Shown: positions 15,899-26,264, counted from the first letter of the stretch. The stretch: DNA of 64,000 nucleotides from Candidatus Moraniibacteriota bacterium (GCA_049290235.1 JBATNG010000011.1:220-64219), one strand, 5' to 3'. The notes: generated by a model from the letters alone, not told the origin. Numbers and translations are program-made.

Positions 15899-16749
15899 AG
15901 AGAAACGTCAGTATACGCCCGTTTTACTTCGTGAGCCATCGGGCTTGGGTAGCACCAGATTTCGAGCTGATTTTTCAGCCGCCGGAGAGCGTATACCACC
16001 CGCACCCACCCCCGTCGCCACCCACGACTCTCGCGCAGGAAAAACTCTGCCCCCGAACGGACGAGCCAATACGTTTTCGCTGGATTGGATCGGCTCTCTT
16101 CGCTGTGATAGACCGTCGCTTGGGGCACGACCCACAGTTGGAATCCAGCACGTCTAGCACGGAGCGAATAGGCAGCATCTTCGTAATAGAGGAAATATCG
16201 CTCATCCAGCAGTCCGATTGATGCGATCACCTCCCGCGGGACAAACAGTGCACAGCCCGTGAGAAAATCCGTTTCGTACGGATCGTGTGCTGACGAAAGT
16301 GATCGCTCATGGACTGTGCGCATTCGGAAGTAGTCAATCCGTCCTCCGGCGTACCAGGGCGTCCCGGTATGCTCTTGATAAATCACCGGGGAAAACACCG
16401 CGTGGCCGCCCTTTTCTCTCAGTGCCTGTTTCAATTGATTCAGCGTGTCTGGCGTGATGCTCGCATCATTATTCAGCAGCCAATACGCATCGTACTGTCT
16501 CTGCCCAATCTGGCGCTGGATCCCGAGGTTCATCCCTGCTGCAAATCCACGGTTCGACTCAGTGCTTATCGTCTCAATCCAGGGGAATCGGCTCCGCAGA
16601 GTCGAAAGTAAGGTGTCCTCGTGTCCATTATCGGCGACCAAGACATGGTCCGCAGGACCAATCGCTAACTCGAGAGAGGCTAGGCAACGTGAAAGCACTC
16701 GCTCGCCTCGATAGTTCAAGACGATAATCGCAACAGATGGGGAAAGCAT
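15895..16749 (-). CDS. family 2 glycosyltransferase
   Basis: VAIIVLNYRGERVLSRCLASL, LLNNDASITPD (DxD region); 4-nt overlap with downstream GT2 suggests translational coupling. Confidence 0.75.
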   Translation of the reverse strand: MLSPSVAIIVLNYRGERVLSRCLASLELAIGPADHVLVADNGHEDTLLSTLRSRFPWIETISTESNRGFAAGMNLGIQRQIGQRQYDAYWLLNNDASITPDTLNQLKQALREKGGHAVFSPVIYQEHTGTPWYAGGRIDYFRMRTVHERSLSSAHDPYETDFLTGCALFVPREVIASIGLLDERYFLYYEDAAYSLRARRAGFQLWVVPQATVYHSEESRSNPAKTYWLVRSGAEFFLRESRGWRRGWVRVVYALRRLKNQLEIWCYPSPMAHEVKRAYTDVSL

Positions 16750-16752
16750 AAC

Positions 16753-18210
16753 TCAGGCAGAAATGGTTTCGAGCGGTTCGGCTGCGGATTCACCCTTGGA
16801 GCTGAAGACACTCATCACCTCCTGCGAAGTCACCGCGCGGGTCAGCCACAAGAGCAGTCCGTAGGATACGCCAGCCAAGGGAAGTATCGCCACAAACGGA
16901 AGTGGGGCAGCAATGACGATCACCAGTGCCATCACGCCCGCTGAAAGGAATATCCTCGGGAGTCGATCCGGTTTCGGGAAAAAACCGAGCGCCCGGTAGG
17001 CAATCGCTCCAGAGAGGAGCACGACCAGCACTTCAGTTACAGCCGATGAGATCGCAGCGCCAAAATAGGAAAATTCTCGAATCAGGATGACATTCAGTGA
17101 GACATTGACCACGGCCACAACCGCGAGCGCCTTCATAAGCTTCTTCTGGGCGTTCCCCACGAGGATCAGCATATTGAAGTAATGCCCGAAAAATATTCCG
17201 GCAAGCGAAACGATGAGAATACGGAGGACATCAGCCGAAATCTCGAAGCCACCACCGCTGACAATAGCGACGATATCCGGGGCAAGGAACAGGGTGACAA
17301 TAACGATCGGCAGGACAATCGCGATAAAGACCTTGGCGGTTTTCTCAGCAATTTCTCGGAACAGAACCTGATCCGTGTGGTGGGCACGCGACAAAAGTGG
17401 AAGGATGAGGCCCACGAGCATGGCCGGAAAGAAGATGAGATTCTCCATGATCTTGTAAGCGACATTGTAGATGCCGACATGCGCGGCGGGCTGGAGCAAA
17501 GAGAGGATAATGGTGTCGAGCTTGAAATAGGCGAAGGTGATAAGCGCCGTCAAACCCAAAGGCCATGCATCATGCATGAACCGCCGCCAAAATGGATAGT
17601 CCCAAGAAAAATGGAACGTGATGAATTTCCGGGAGAGAATGAGTGCAACTGACGCATTGAAGACCATCGTGAACAACACCGCACTCACGATCGCCAGAAA
17701 GCCGAGGTCAAAATGGACCGCTAGGTAGATGAGGAGGAATTGGAGGATTTTCCCCGCGAACTCGACCATCGCCACCCGGTCCATCGCGAGTCGCTTCTGG
17801 AAAATGCCGTTGAGCAGCGTGCTGAATTGAGCAAAGAGAAGTGCGACCGTGATGAGCGCGATACCCCCCTTCACCGGCAGAGAATAGTGGAACCAGAAGA
17901 GAATCAGTGGAGCGACGAGGATGATCGCAGCACTCGCACAGATGCGGAGGGCAGCGACTTTTCCAAAAAACTCTGCCTCATTTACCGTGGGTTTCGCGAT
18001 TTCTCGGGCCGTGATATTGGCGAGACCCAGGTCACCAATCGCCCCGAAGAAAGCGAAGAAAGCAAGCACCGTGGCGTATTCTCCAAATCCTTCTTGCCCG
18101 AGATAGCCCGTGATAAGCCGGATGGACAGGAGTGCGATGAACACCGTCGACGTCACCTTGAGCGCCGAATTGAAAACGACATTGTACGCAATTTTTCTCG
18201 CCAGAGCCAT
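16753..18210 (-). CDS. polysaccharide flippase (Wzx/MOP superfamily)
   Basis: 485 aa, ~14 TM helices, typical Wzx N-terminus MALARKIAYNVVFNSALKVTSTVFIALLSIRLIT. Confidence 0.7.
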   Translation of the reverse strand: MALARKIAYNVVFNSALKVTSTVFIALLSIRLITGYLGQEGFGEYATVLAFFAFFGAIGDLGLANITAREIAKPTVNEAEFFGKVAALRICASAAIILVAPLILFWFHYSLPVKGGIALITVALLFAQFSTLLNGIFQKRLAMDRVAMVEFAGKILQFLLIYLAVHFDLGFLAIVSAVLFTMVFNASVALILSRKFITFHFSWDYPFWRRFMHDAWPLGLTALITFAYFKLDTIILSLLQPAAHVGIYNVAYKIMENLIFFPAMLVGLILPLLSRAHHTDQVLFREIAEKTAKVFIAIVLPIVIVTLFLAPDIVAIVSGGGFEISADVLRILIVSLAGIFFGHYFNMLILVGNAQKKLMKALAVVAVVNVSLNVILIREFSYFGAAISSAVTEVLVVLLSGAIAYRALGFFPKPDRLPRIFLSAGVMALVIVIAAPLPFVAILPLAGVSYGLLLWLTRAVTSQEVMSVFSSKGESAAEPLETISA

Positions 18211-18219
18211 GCAGGACGC

Positions 18220-18720
18220 TTAAAGTGTCTCGTTGCCTTCTGCCGCTTCAGGCCTTCGACGCAAGAGGATTTTCCGTTCTTCGCCGATTCCCACGCTTTC
18301 CGTCATGATACTCGGGTGTGCCGCGAAGAGGTGATGGATCATCTTGCGTTCAAATGACAGCATGGGACGAAGCGTCACCGGGAGGCCTGACTCTTCAACC
18401 TCCTTCACCGCAGCGAACGCCTCGCGCTCGAGAAACCCCCGTTTCTCTTCGAAATAGTGGTTTACATCGAGACTGAGGACACCATTTTTCGGCAGTTCCT
18501 TGCGAACCGCGAGCTTCACGAGATGCAGGAGCGCTGCCACATTTGCCCCATGCTGCCCGATAAGGAGATTCTGCCCCTCCCGGAGAGTGATCTCGCAATG
18601 GTATTTGATGAGGTCTTCACCGATCATTTCTTCACCCGTCTTCACTTCCGCCTCAAAACCAATCCGCTGAAGCAGATCCTTGACCGTATCATTCAGATAG
18701 TTGCGGAAGGGTTGGTCCAT
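18220..18720 (-). CDS. jag: Jag/KhpB RNA-binding protein (KH + R3H domains)
   Basis: conserved position downstream of yidC; R3H-like C-terminal region. Confidence 0.7.
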   Translation of the reverse strand: MDQPFRNYLNDTVKDLLQRIGFEAEVKTGEEMIGEDLIKYHCEITLREGQNLLIGQHGANVAALLHLVKLAVRKELPKNGVLSLDVNHYFEEKRGFLEREAFAAVKEVEESGLPVTLRPMLSFERKMIHHLFAAHPSIMTESVGIGEERKILLRRRPEAAEGNETL

Positions 18721-18735
18721 ACCAGTGAACGGGGA

Positions 18736-19491
18736 TTAACGCGCTGTGGGAACAGGAGCTTTCTGGTGAGTAAAAATCCATTTCTGCTGCAACCAAGACA
18801 AAAGGGTCGAAACGAACCAATACAGTGAGAGGGCGGCAGGGAATTGGAAACTGAAGAAAAAGACGAGGGCGGGGCCTAAATAGAGCATTTGCTTTCCCAT
18901 TATAGCAGCCATGTCAGGCATGTCACCGGTCTCTTTGGTCTCCTTTCTCACAGCCGGAGCCGCCGTCTGAGGTAAAATCATCTTGGTTTGAAAGTACTGA
19001 GCCAACGCAGCCAAAGCACCAAGCACCGGGCTCGCCTTCACCATATCCAGGAAACCGAAAGCAATATGCTTGATTTCCTCAGGATTCGGAACAAATGAGT
19101 ACATATCCGCGCCGTTTACGATCAGGCCGTTTGAATTTATCCCGATGATGACACGGTAAAACGTGATAAAAAACACCAATTGGATGATCAGCGGGAGACA
19201 GCCGGCAAATGGATTGACCTTGCTTTCCTTATAGCAGGCCATGATCGCCTTGGTCTGCTCCGCCTTGTCGGCTTTGTACTTCTCTTGGATAGCTTTCAGT
19301 TTGGGCTGAATGTCTTGCATCCGCTTCTGCTGCTCAATTTGCATCCGAGAGAGGGAGAAAAAAGCCGCTTTGATGAGGATGGTGGTCAGGATGATGGCAA
19401 TACCAAAGTCTTGAACCGGTAGTCCTGAATAAAAGAAAATAACCGCATTATACAGAGGCTGATAGATGAGGACATGGAAAATGTCTGCCAT
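18736..19491 (-). CDS. yidC: membrane protein insertase YidC (short, Gram-positive-type)
   Basis: QPLYNAVIFFYS ... ILTTILIKAAFFSLSRMQIEQQKRMQDIQPKLKAIQEKYK ... NPFAGCLPLIIQ hallmark motifs. Confidence 0.9.
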   Translation of the reverse strand: MADIFHVLIYQPLYNAVIFFYSGLPVQDFGIAIILTTILIKAAFFSLSRMQIEQQKRMQDIQPKLKAIQEKYKADKAEQTKAIMACYKESKVNPFAGCLPLIIQLVFFITFYRVIIGINSNGLIVNGADMYSFVPNPEEIKHIAFGFLDMVKASPVLGALAALAQYFQTKMILPQTAAPAVRKETKETGDMPDMAAIMGKQMLYLGPALVFFFSFQFPAALSLYWFVSTLLSWLQQKWIFTHQKAPVPTAR

Positions 19492-19495
19492 AATG

Positions 19496-19843
19496 CTATT
19501 TTTTCTCTTTATTAAGCCTTTCTAACAGATTTTTGAGTTCCTCCTTCAGCCACGCATATGTTACCGGCTGTGCAAAGCGTTTATGGAAAAGGATCACTAT
19601 ATCCATGTGTTTCGGCAAGAGCGGGACCAACTCACTCATTATGGCACTTCCCTTGCGCTTCAGGAAATGCCGCGTCACCGAGCGGGGGAAGGTCTTCTGC
19701 TTGAAAGCAAACCCTACCCGAGTTTCAGGCGACTGACTTGGACGAAAAAAAAGGCCTATTTCAGGGCTGAAAATAGCCTTTCTGGAGTGAAAAACCGCCT
19801 CAAAACCTCCTCTCCCCGACAAACGGAGACGCTTGGGAAGCAT
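19496..19843 (-). CDS. rnpA: ribonuclease P protein component
   Basis: LPKRLRLSGRGGFEAVF ... RVGFAFKQKTFPRSVTRHFLKRK; conserved rpmH-rnpA-yidC order. Confidence 0.85.
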   Translation of the reverse strand: MLPKRLRLSGRGGFEAVFHSRKAIFSPEIGLFFRPSQSPETRVGFAFKQKTFPRSVTRHFLKRKGSAIMSELVPLLPKHMDIVILFHKRFAQPVTYAWLKEELKNLLERLNKEKK

Positions 19844-19846
19844 AGC

Positions 19847-19987
19847 CTAGACGGACAGTTTCTTCCTTCCTTGGCGGCGGCGGCGTGTGATAACAGCTTG
19901 CCCACCTTTTTCACTCATTCGCTTGAGAAAGCCATGGCGACGGGCGCGGCGGCGTTTTTTCGGCTGATAGGTTCGTTTTGTGGCCAT
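19847..19987 (-). CDS. rpmH: 50S ribosomal protein L34 (46 aa); not in supplied ORF track
   Basis: minus-strand translation [46 protein letters not shown], near-universal L34 sequence. Confidence 0.9.
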   Translation of the reverse strand: MATKRTYQPKKRRRARRHGFLKRMSEKGGQAVITRRRRQGRKKLSV

Positions 19988-20129
19988 ACCGGGTGAAAAA
20001 ATATGTGTAGTCCAATTTTATTTTAAACAAAGGAAAAAGTCAACCCGACAGAGATTGGGGATAATTACTAGCTCTGACAAACACATTGCCAGAGACATTA
20101 GAAAAAGTCAGCTACTTTTTTCTCTTCGT

Positions 20130-20200
20130 TGATATTATGCACAGCTTCTCCACAATTTATGCACGTTTAATCATCGATAGCTTCGAATGAGCGTGCTATA
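20130..20200. promoter_or_regulatory. oriC-type DnaA-box cluster and dnaA promoter
   Basis: TTATGCACA (20135-20143), TTCTCCACA (20146-20154), TTATGCACG (20157-20165) match TTATNCACA 8-9/9; TATAAT at 20194-20199 upstream of dnaA. Confidence 0.6.
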
Positions 20201-20211
20201 ATCAGGTTCAC

Positions 20212-21654
20212 TTGCCCACCAATATGACGAATGAGGAGCTTTGGAAAGCCGCTTTAGGCCAAATTGAACTTTCGCTCTCGAAGGCTAATTTCGTTACCTG
20301 GTTCAAGAATACCTCCATTCTCTCTCGAGAGGAGGGCCGGGTGGTAATTGGCGTTCCGAACGGATTTGCCAAGGAATGGCTTGAAAATAAGTACAATCTA
20401 TACATTATCAAGGCTCTGAAAAGCCTCGCGCCGGATATTCAGGATATAAAATGCTCGATTGCGCCAAATAGCGATCAGAGAACAAAGCCGGAAACGTTTG
20501 TTAAATCCATGGATGGCGCTCGGCCTTCCCTTCCAACACAATCAGAAACTGCTGTACCAATCGGTTTTTCCCGCAAAAGAATTGCTGAAAAGCTCATTCT
20601 GACGGCACCGAGTGGGGGAATCTATCGAAGCAATCTCAATACGCGCTATACCTTTGAGAATTTCATTGTCGCTGAGAACAATGAGTTAGCTCGCGCTGCC
20701 TGTTTTGCTATTTCCCAGAATTTAGGACACCTGTATAACCCGCTTTTTATCTACGGTGGCGTTGGTCTCGGAAAAACACACCTTCTCCAGGCTCTCGGGA
20801 ACGAAATCACCGCAAAACACCCGGAAAAAAGGGTGAAATACATCACTTCTGAACGGTTTACAAGTGAACTTGTCGAGTCCATCAAGAATCAAACGGTGGA
20901 TCAATTCAAGGCCGCCTATGAACACATCGATCTGCTCATCATCGATGATGTCCAATTCCTTTCCGGCCGAGAGAAGACACAGAATGAGTTTTTCCACATC
21001 TTCAATGCGCTGTACCAGCTCAATAAACAGATTGTGATCTCGAGCGACCGGACGCCAAAAGCCATTCCCACCCTCGAAGAGCGCCTGCGTTCACGATTCG
21101 AAGGTGGAATGATTGCCGACATCAGTCGCCCCAGCCTTGAGACGCGGGCAGCCATCCTTGAATCCAAGGCTCAAGAGAAGGGTATTGCCATCGATACACC
21201 GTCCATCCAGTTCATCGCTGAACACGTGAAGGAAAATGTCCGGGAATTGGAAGGGGCGCTCGCCCGAGTATGCGCCTACAGCGAATTCCAAAAGATCCCA
21301 ATTGGCTTATCACTCGTCCAGAAAGCACTCTCGGATATGTTAGTCCAGACGAAAAAATCCGTTAAATTAGACGACATCGTCAAGGTTGTGAGTGATTTTT
21401 ATGGTGTCCCGGTCGAAGAAATGGTTAAAAAGGGGAGAAAAAAGGAGGTGGCTCACCCCCGACAAGTCGCTATGTACCTCCTCCGCACCGAACTCGACAC
21501 TCCCTTTTCCACCATTGGAGACTTTTTCGGTGGTAGAGATCACACCACTGTTCTCCATGCGGTCGACAAAGTCACCAAAAACCGCGAATCCACTCTCCGT
21601 ATCCGAGAAGAAATCGCTTCCCTCAAAGAAAAACTCCAAGTTGCTCCTGTATAA
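20212..21654 (+). CDS. dnaA: chromosomal replication initiator DnaA
   Basis: AAA+ Walker A GGVGLGKTHLLQA, Walker B LLIIDDVQF, C-terminal DNA-binding helix VAHPRQVAMYLLRTE. Confidence 0.95.
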   Translation: MPTNMTNEELWKAALGQIELSLSKANFVTWFKNTSILSREEGRVVIGVPNGFAKEWLENKYNLYIIKALKSLAPDIQDIKCSIAPNSDQRTKPETFVKSMDGARPSLPTQSETAVPIGFSRKRIAEKLILTAPSGGIYRSNLNTRYTFENFIVAENNELARAACFAISQNLGHLYNPLFIYGGVGLGKTHLLQALGNEITAKHPEKRVKYITSERFTSELVESIKNQTVDQFKAAYEHIDLLIIDDVQFLSGREKTQNEFFHIFNALYQLNKQIVISSDRTPKAIPTLEERLRSRFEGGMIADISRPSLETRAAILESKAQEKGIAIDTPSIQFIAEHVKENVRELEGALARVCAYSEFQKIPIGLSLVQKALSDMLVQTKKSVKLDDIVKVVSDFYGVPVEEMVKKGRKKEVAHPRQVAMYLLRTELDTPFSTIGDFFGGRDHTTVLHAVDKVTKNRESTLRIREEIASLKEKLQVAPV

Positions 21655-21688
21655 GCTCTGTATAAACCTGTATTGAACCGTATATCTC

Positions 21689-21697
21689 TGTGGATAA
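21689..21697 (-). promoter_or_regulatory. perfect DnaA box (TTATCCACA) in AT-rich dnaA-dnaN spacer
   Basis: plus strand tgtggataa = rc of TTATCCACA; spacer 21655-21867 is AT-rich. Confidence 0.6.
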
Positions 21698-21867
21698 GTA
21701 TAGAGTCAAGTAGATAATCAAGGTTCCTTCTTCCATAACCTACATTCTCATCCACCAACATATTTTCTCAATTTCCCTTTCTTGAGCGCTTTCCACCCCT
21801 TTCCCACATATACACCCCAGTAATAACAATAATGTTTTATATATAATTCTTTTAAAGATTACCGACC

Positions 21868-22998
21868 ATGAAACTCACCTGTACCCAAGAAAATCTTCGA
21901 GTCGCCCTATCCGCTCTTGAACGAGTTGTGGGGAAACAGAGTACGTTACCGATCCTGAGCAACATCCTCTTAGAGACCGAAAAGGGTCAGCTTCGTCTTT
22001 CGGCGACAAATCTCGAAATTGGCGTGATTACTTCAATCGGAGCAAAAATTGAAGTAGATGGAAAAATAACCCTGCCGGCGAAATTGTTAATAAATTTCAT
22101 TCAAAATCTTGCTTTAGATCAGGTTGTGAGTATCGAACAGGTAGGAACGCAGGTATTGCTCGAAAGTGGAAATTACACGGTAAAAATCAATGGTTTGGAT
22201 AGTAAGGACTTCCCGATTATTCCAGAGCGCTCGAATGGGAAGATTTTCACGGTGGAGGCAGAAGCATTTCGGCGTGGGCTCCAACGGACTTTGTTTTGTG
22301 TCTCACTTAACGAAAGTCGCCCTGAGCTTACAGGTATCCTCTTTGGTTTGAGAGAGGGGACGCTGTATCTAGCTGCCACCGATAGCTTTCGGTTGGCTGA
22401 ATGGCGAATGAAAGAGAAAATCGAAGGCGATGTGAGTGCTCTTGAGACAGGTCAGTCATCGGTGATTATTCCCGCCTATACGCTTCAGGAAGTGTTGCGG
22501 GTTATGTCTCAGAGCGTCGGTCGGGTGAGTGTGGCGCTCGAGGAAAACCAGATTTTTTTTGAAATCGGGAGTACGCGCATCGTTTCGCGTTTGATTAACG
22601 GAAAGTATCCCGAATACCAAGCGATTATACCGAAACAATATTCGACCGAAATCACGCTTCATCAAGATGAATTCCAGCGAGCGCTGAAAATTGCGACTTC
22701 ATTTTCTGCTTATAGCTCGGGTGAAGTTATTTTTCGGCTGAATCCTGAAAATGGATGGCTAGAAATCCAATCCCAAACCCAAGGAATCGGGGAGCAGACA
22801 GCGAGGATACCTTATGAAGGATCTTTGGTTGAACCGGTCCAAATCGTCTTTAATCCACGCTATATTCTCGAGGGTGCGGCGGCGGTCATGGGAAGTGAAC
22901 TCCGACTCGCCTTGAACGCTCCATCAACACCAGTGAGAATTTCTTCTGAGGCCGAGCAGGAGGGCTACACATATATCGTGATGCCCATCCGGAAGTAA
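21868..22998 (+). CDS. dnaN: DNA polymerase III beta sliding clamp
   Basis: MKLTCTQENLRVALSALERVVGKQSTLPILSNILLE typical DnaN N-terminus, three-domain length, follows dnaA. Confidence 0.9.
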   Translation: MKLTCTQENLRVALSALERVVGKQSTLPILSNILLETEKGQLRLSATNLEIGVITSIGAKIEVDGKITLPAKLLINFIQNLALDQVVSIEQVGTQVLLESGNYTVKINGLDSKDFPIIPERSNGKIFTVEAEAFRRGLQRTLFCVSLNESRPELTGILFGLREGTLYLAATDSFRLAEWRMKEKIEGDVSALETGQSSVIIPAYTLQEVLRVMSQSVGRVSVALEENQIFFEIGSTRIVSRLINGKYPEYQAIIPKQYSTEITLHQDEFQRALKIATSFSAYSSGEVIFRLNPENGWLEIQSQTQGIGEQTARIPYEGSLVEPVQIVFNPRYILEGAAAVMGSELRLALNAPSTPVRISSEAEQEGYTYIVMPIRK

Positions 22999-23204
22999 GG
23001 GGCGGCGAAAATATTATGAGCGAAATCTGCTGATGGTGGTATCTCACTCCCTATGCAACGTTCGTATGAAAGAATGTTTCGATCGAAGGAGAAAAGGAGA
23101 AGATGATTGGAAAAACTTCGGACTATACCATGCTCGGATTCAAATGAATCGTTCCCGAAAGAGATGTTTCGGAAAAGAAGTCTGGGGGGTCGGAGTGTTA
23201 CTAA

Positions 23205-23510
23205 ATGCTAGTTATGCGGCCACTCAAGGAATACATTGGAAAAAGAAGTGGGGGAGCTCCAAAAGCGCTGCTCGATGATAAAACAGTTTTCTTTCTCTTC
23301 CGTAAGATAATCCAAGAAGAATATGGAACGCGGGGTGTAGCCGAACTCGAACCAGTGGCCTTCTCAGAAGGCATACTGTCTGTAAAATCAAACAACCCGC
23401 TCTACTCAAGTGAACTCTGGATTCGTCGAGAAACTATCTTGGGGCGAATGAATGCTGCGCTCGAGCAAGATGTAATCCAAGAGCTCCGTCTCGTTCGGTA
23501 TGCGCCGTAA
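23205..23510 (+). CDS. DUF721/DciA-like small protein (possible replicative helicase operator)
   Basis: ~100 aa, directly after dnaN; pattern LKEYIGK ... PVAFSEGILSVKSNNPLYSSELWIRRETILGRMNAAL fits the DUF721 profile (G.L.v.v.s..wa.eL ... l..ln). Confidence 0.5.
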   Translation: MLVMRPLKEYIGKRSGGAPKALLDDKTVFFLFRKIIQEEYGTRGVAELEPVAFSEGILSVKSNNPLYSSELWIRRETILGRMNAALEQDVIQELRLVRYAP

Positions 23511-23654
23511 TGTTGTTTCTCTTCGAGAGACGCCTCCTGTTGGTGTTTCCCTCTCATCTACCCTCACCAAGTCGAGGTTTGAGCTTCTTGTCTCGAGTCT
23601 TATTCAATCAAAACGGGTGTGGATTGTGATGGGGGGTCAGCACGAAAGGGATTT

Positions 23655-26210
23655 CTAGTATGCGACCGAAACACTCCCGCTCGCGTTCGTGGTATTGCTG
23701 TTCTCATCTTCAAGCGTCACCTCGACATCGAGCGTTGAGTTATTCTGATCGGACGGAATCGAATACGAGACGGTATATGGTTTCTCACTCAGTTCGCCGA
23801 TCTTGTTTCCCTCGACTGCGAATGTCACCTTTGAGACCCCGTAGGGTGCGTTCACATTGGCACTGATAGTGAGGGTGCTCGAATTGGTTGAGCCGGGGAG
23901 ATTGAGTCTCACGGAAGGCTTGTATTTTTTGAAGTCATCCGCGCTACATTCTTTCTCGGGTGGTTCTTCGGCGATGATACCCTTCTGTTTCTTGTACCAA
24001 TCCTTCACGGCCTTTTCCCAATTTTTATATTGGCCATCCCGGTCTGGTTTGTCGGGTCGGTCCCCTCGCGGGTCATCTCGTTTCGCATAGTGGAGGATAT
24101 CGTGCGGCTCGACGAAATCCTTCTTGTCTGACTCACCGCCCGGGCAGTATTTGTTGGCGAGACAATACTTGTCATCTTCGTCGGGTATCTCGCAGACTTT
24201 CAAATCCTTTTTTTCCTCGATTTTGCCGCCGAGCATCGGCTTGTCGATATCCTCCTTCTCATATTTGGGGAAGCGCTCGGTGCCGGCATTGGTGAGAGCC
24301 TGATCGAGGAAGGCGCGCCAGATCGGAGCGGCGACGACGACACCATCAGAGCCGGCGACCATCGGACTGTTATCGTTGTTTCCAGCCCAGACGCCAACTG
24401 CAAGCGACGGAGTGAAACCAATCGTCCAGCCATCGCGGAATTCATTCGTCGTGCCGGTCTTGGCTGCGACGTCGCGCTGGTCAAAGCGAAGCGGGCTGTT
24501 TTCTCCGAACACCGGCGCGCGGTACGCGTTGGTGGACATGATGTGTTCGAGCATGGTCACGTATTTTTCGTCTGCCACTCGCTCACCCGGGCTGTCCTGA
24601 AATGCCTCGAGCACTACCCCCTTCGAATCCTCGATTTTCAAGATGGACGCTATCGGGTGTTTCACCCCGCCAGCCGCGAGGGTCGCGTAGGCATGGACAT
24701 GGTCGAGCAGCCGGACTTCTCCTCCTCCCAAAACGAGCGAGAGACCAAGTCGATCAGGGTTATTGAGCCCCTCGATTCCCAGGCGCTTGGCGGTATCGAT
24801 CGCATCTTTTACACCGACGAGGTACAGCGTCTTGACCGCGGGGATATTGAGTGACTGAGCGAGGGACTGAGCCATCGAGAGCGGTCCACGGAACTTGCCG
24901 TCGTAGTTCTGCGGCTTATAACTTTTCCCATCGGCGGTCTCGAAGTCAGTCTCCACATCGTACATGATGGTCTCGGGGGTGTAGCCCTTGATAAAGGCAG
25001 TCAGGTAGACATACGGCTTGAACGAAGACCCTGGTTGGCGTTCGCGAATCGTGACATTCACCTGGCCGTCCACCGTGGTGTCGAAGTAGTCCTTGGACCC
25101 GACCATCGAGAGAAGTTGTCCGGTTTTTGGGTCAATCGCGACGAGAGCGGCATTTTTTGCCTTTGAGCGGATATTCTTTTCCGCCCCTGCACGGACGACT
25201 TCTTCGGCGATCAGTTGCTTGTCCCAATCCAAGGTTGTTGTCACCCGATAGCCACCCTCCTCGACCGCGCGATCGCCGTATTTCTCCTGGAGATAGTCCT
25301 TGATATACATGACAAAGTGCGGCGCCGCGATGATATCTTTTTGGGGAGCTATCTTCCCGAGTGTGTCAGCATTGATCGCCTCTTCGGCTTGCTCAGCCGT
25401 GATATAGCCGAGATTGGCCATTTGCTGGAGCGCATACGTCTGTCGGCCCGAGAGGGCTTCGGTGTGGGATCCATAGGGCGAATAGTATGTCGTCGCCTGG
25501 GGGAGCGCCGCGAGAAGTGCTGCTTCGTCGAGGCCGAGCTCGCTAGCGGGCTTGCCGAAGAATGTTTCCGCAGCCGCTTCGATCCCGTAAGCATTCGATC
25601 CGTATGGGATTTCATTGAGGTACATTTCGAGGATTTCATCCTTCGAGTACTTGGTCTCGAGTTCGAGTGCGAGGATGACTTCCTTCACCTTTCGCGACAA
25701 AGCCTTCTCATTCGAAAGCAGGGTGTTCTTCACGAGCTGTTGGGTGATGGTCGATCCACCCTGTGACTTGTCGAGCGTCACGATGTCTTTCAGTATCGCC
25801 CGAGCGATGGAGGAGAGCTTGATACCGTAGTGATGGTAGAAGTCTTGGTCTTCGAGTGAAATCGTGGCGTACTTCACGACGTCGGGCATATCTGAAAAGG
25901 GGATAACCGTGCGTTTCTCTTCGCCGTGGACCTCGTAGAGGAGATGGGTACCGGAGCGATCATAGATCTTGGTCGATTCCGCGACGAAGCGATCACGGAC
26001 ATTGCCGGGGCTCGGCAAGTCTTTGGCGATGTAGAGAAAGAGACCGACCATGCCGACGAAGCCGAGACCGCTGACTATGGCAACCACCCGCCAGATCTTC
26101 TTCCAGGGCCAGGGTTGTTTGGGCTTCGGATTCATACCGACCATTTCAATCGCCGGACGCTGGCGGAAACTGGGCCGAGGAAAATTGAATTTATGGCTGA
26201 AATAAAGCAT
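23655..26210 (-). CDS. class A penicillin-binding protein (bifunctional transglycosylase/transpeptidase, PBP1A-type) with Asp/Lys-rich C-terminal tail
   Basis: GT51 motifs EDQDFYHHYGI and GGSTITQQLVKN; transpeptidase SGSSFKP (SxxK), SLN, KTGT; N-terminal TM anchor. Confidence 0.9.
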   Translation of the reverse strand: MLYFSHKFNFPRPSFRQRPAIEMVGMNPKPKQPWPWKKIWRVVAIVSGLGFVGMVGLFLYIAKDLPSPGNVRDRFVAESTKIYDRSGTHLLYEVHGEEKRTVIPFSDMPDVVKYATISLEDQDFYHHYGIKLSSIARAILKDIVTLDKSQGGSTITQQLVKNTLLSNEKALSRKVKEVILALELETKYSKDEILEMYLNEIPYGSNAYGIEAAAETFFGKPASELGLDEAALLAALPQATTYYSPYGSHTEALSGRQTYALQQMANLGYITAEQAEEAINADTLGKIAPQKDIIAAPHFVMYIKDYLQEKYGDRAVEEGGYRVTTTLDWDKQLIAEEVVRAGAEKNIRSKAKNAALVAIDPKTGQLLSMVGSKDYFDTTVDGQVNVTIRERQPGSSFKPYVYLTAFIKGYTPETIMYDVETDFETADGKSYKPQNYDGKFRGPLSMAQSLAQSLNIPAVKTLYLVGVKDAIDTAKRLGIEGLNNPDRLGLSLVLGGGEVRLLDHVHAYATLAAGGVKHPIASILKIEDSKGVVLEAFQDSPGERVADEKYVTMLEHIMSTNAYRAPVFGENSPLRFDQRDVAAKTGTTNEFRDGWTIGFTPSLAVGVWAGNNDNSPMVAGSDGVVVAAPIWRAFLDQALTNAGTERFPKYEKEDIDKPMLGGKIEEKKDLKVCEIPDEDDKYCLANKYCPGGESDKKDFVEPHDILHYAKRDDPRGDRPDKPDRDGQYKNWEKAVKDWYKKQKGIIAEEPPEKECSADDFKKYKPSVRLNLPGSTNSSTLTISANVNAPYGVSKVTFAVEGNKIGELSEKPYTVSYSIPSDQNNSTLDVEVTLEDENSNTTNASGSVSVAY

Positions 26211-26264
26211 AATTCAACAATGAGTGTGCCTCATTTATAGCATGAATAGGGCGTCTTTCCAAGG

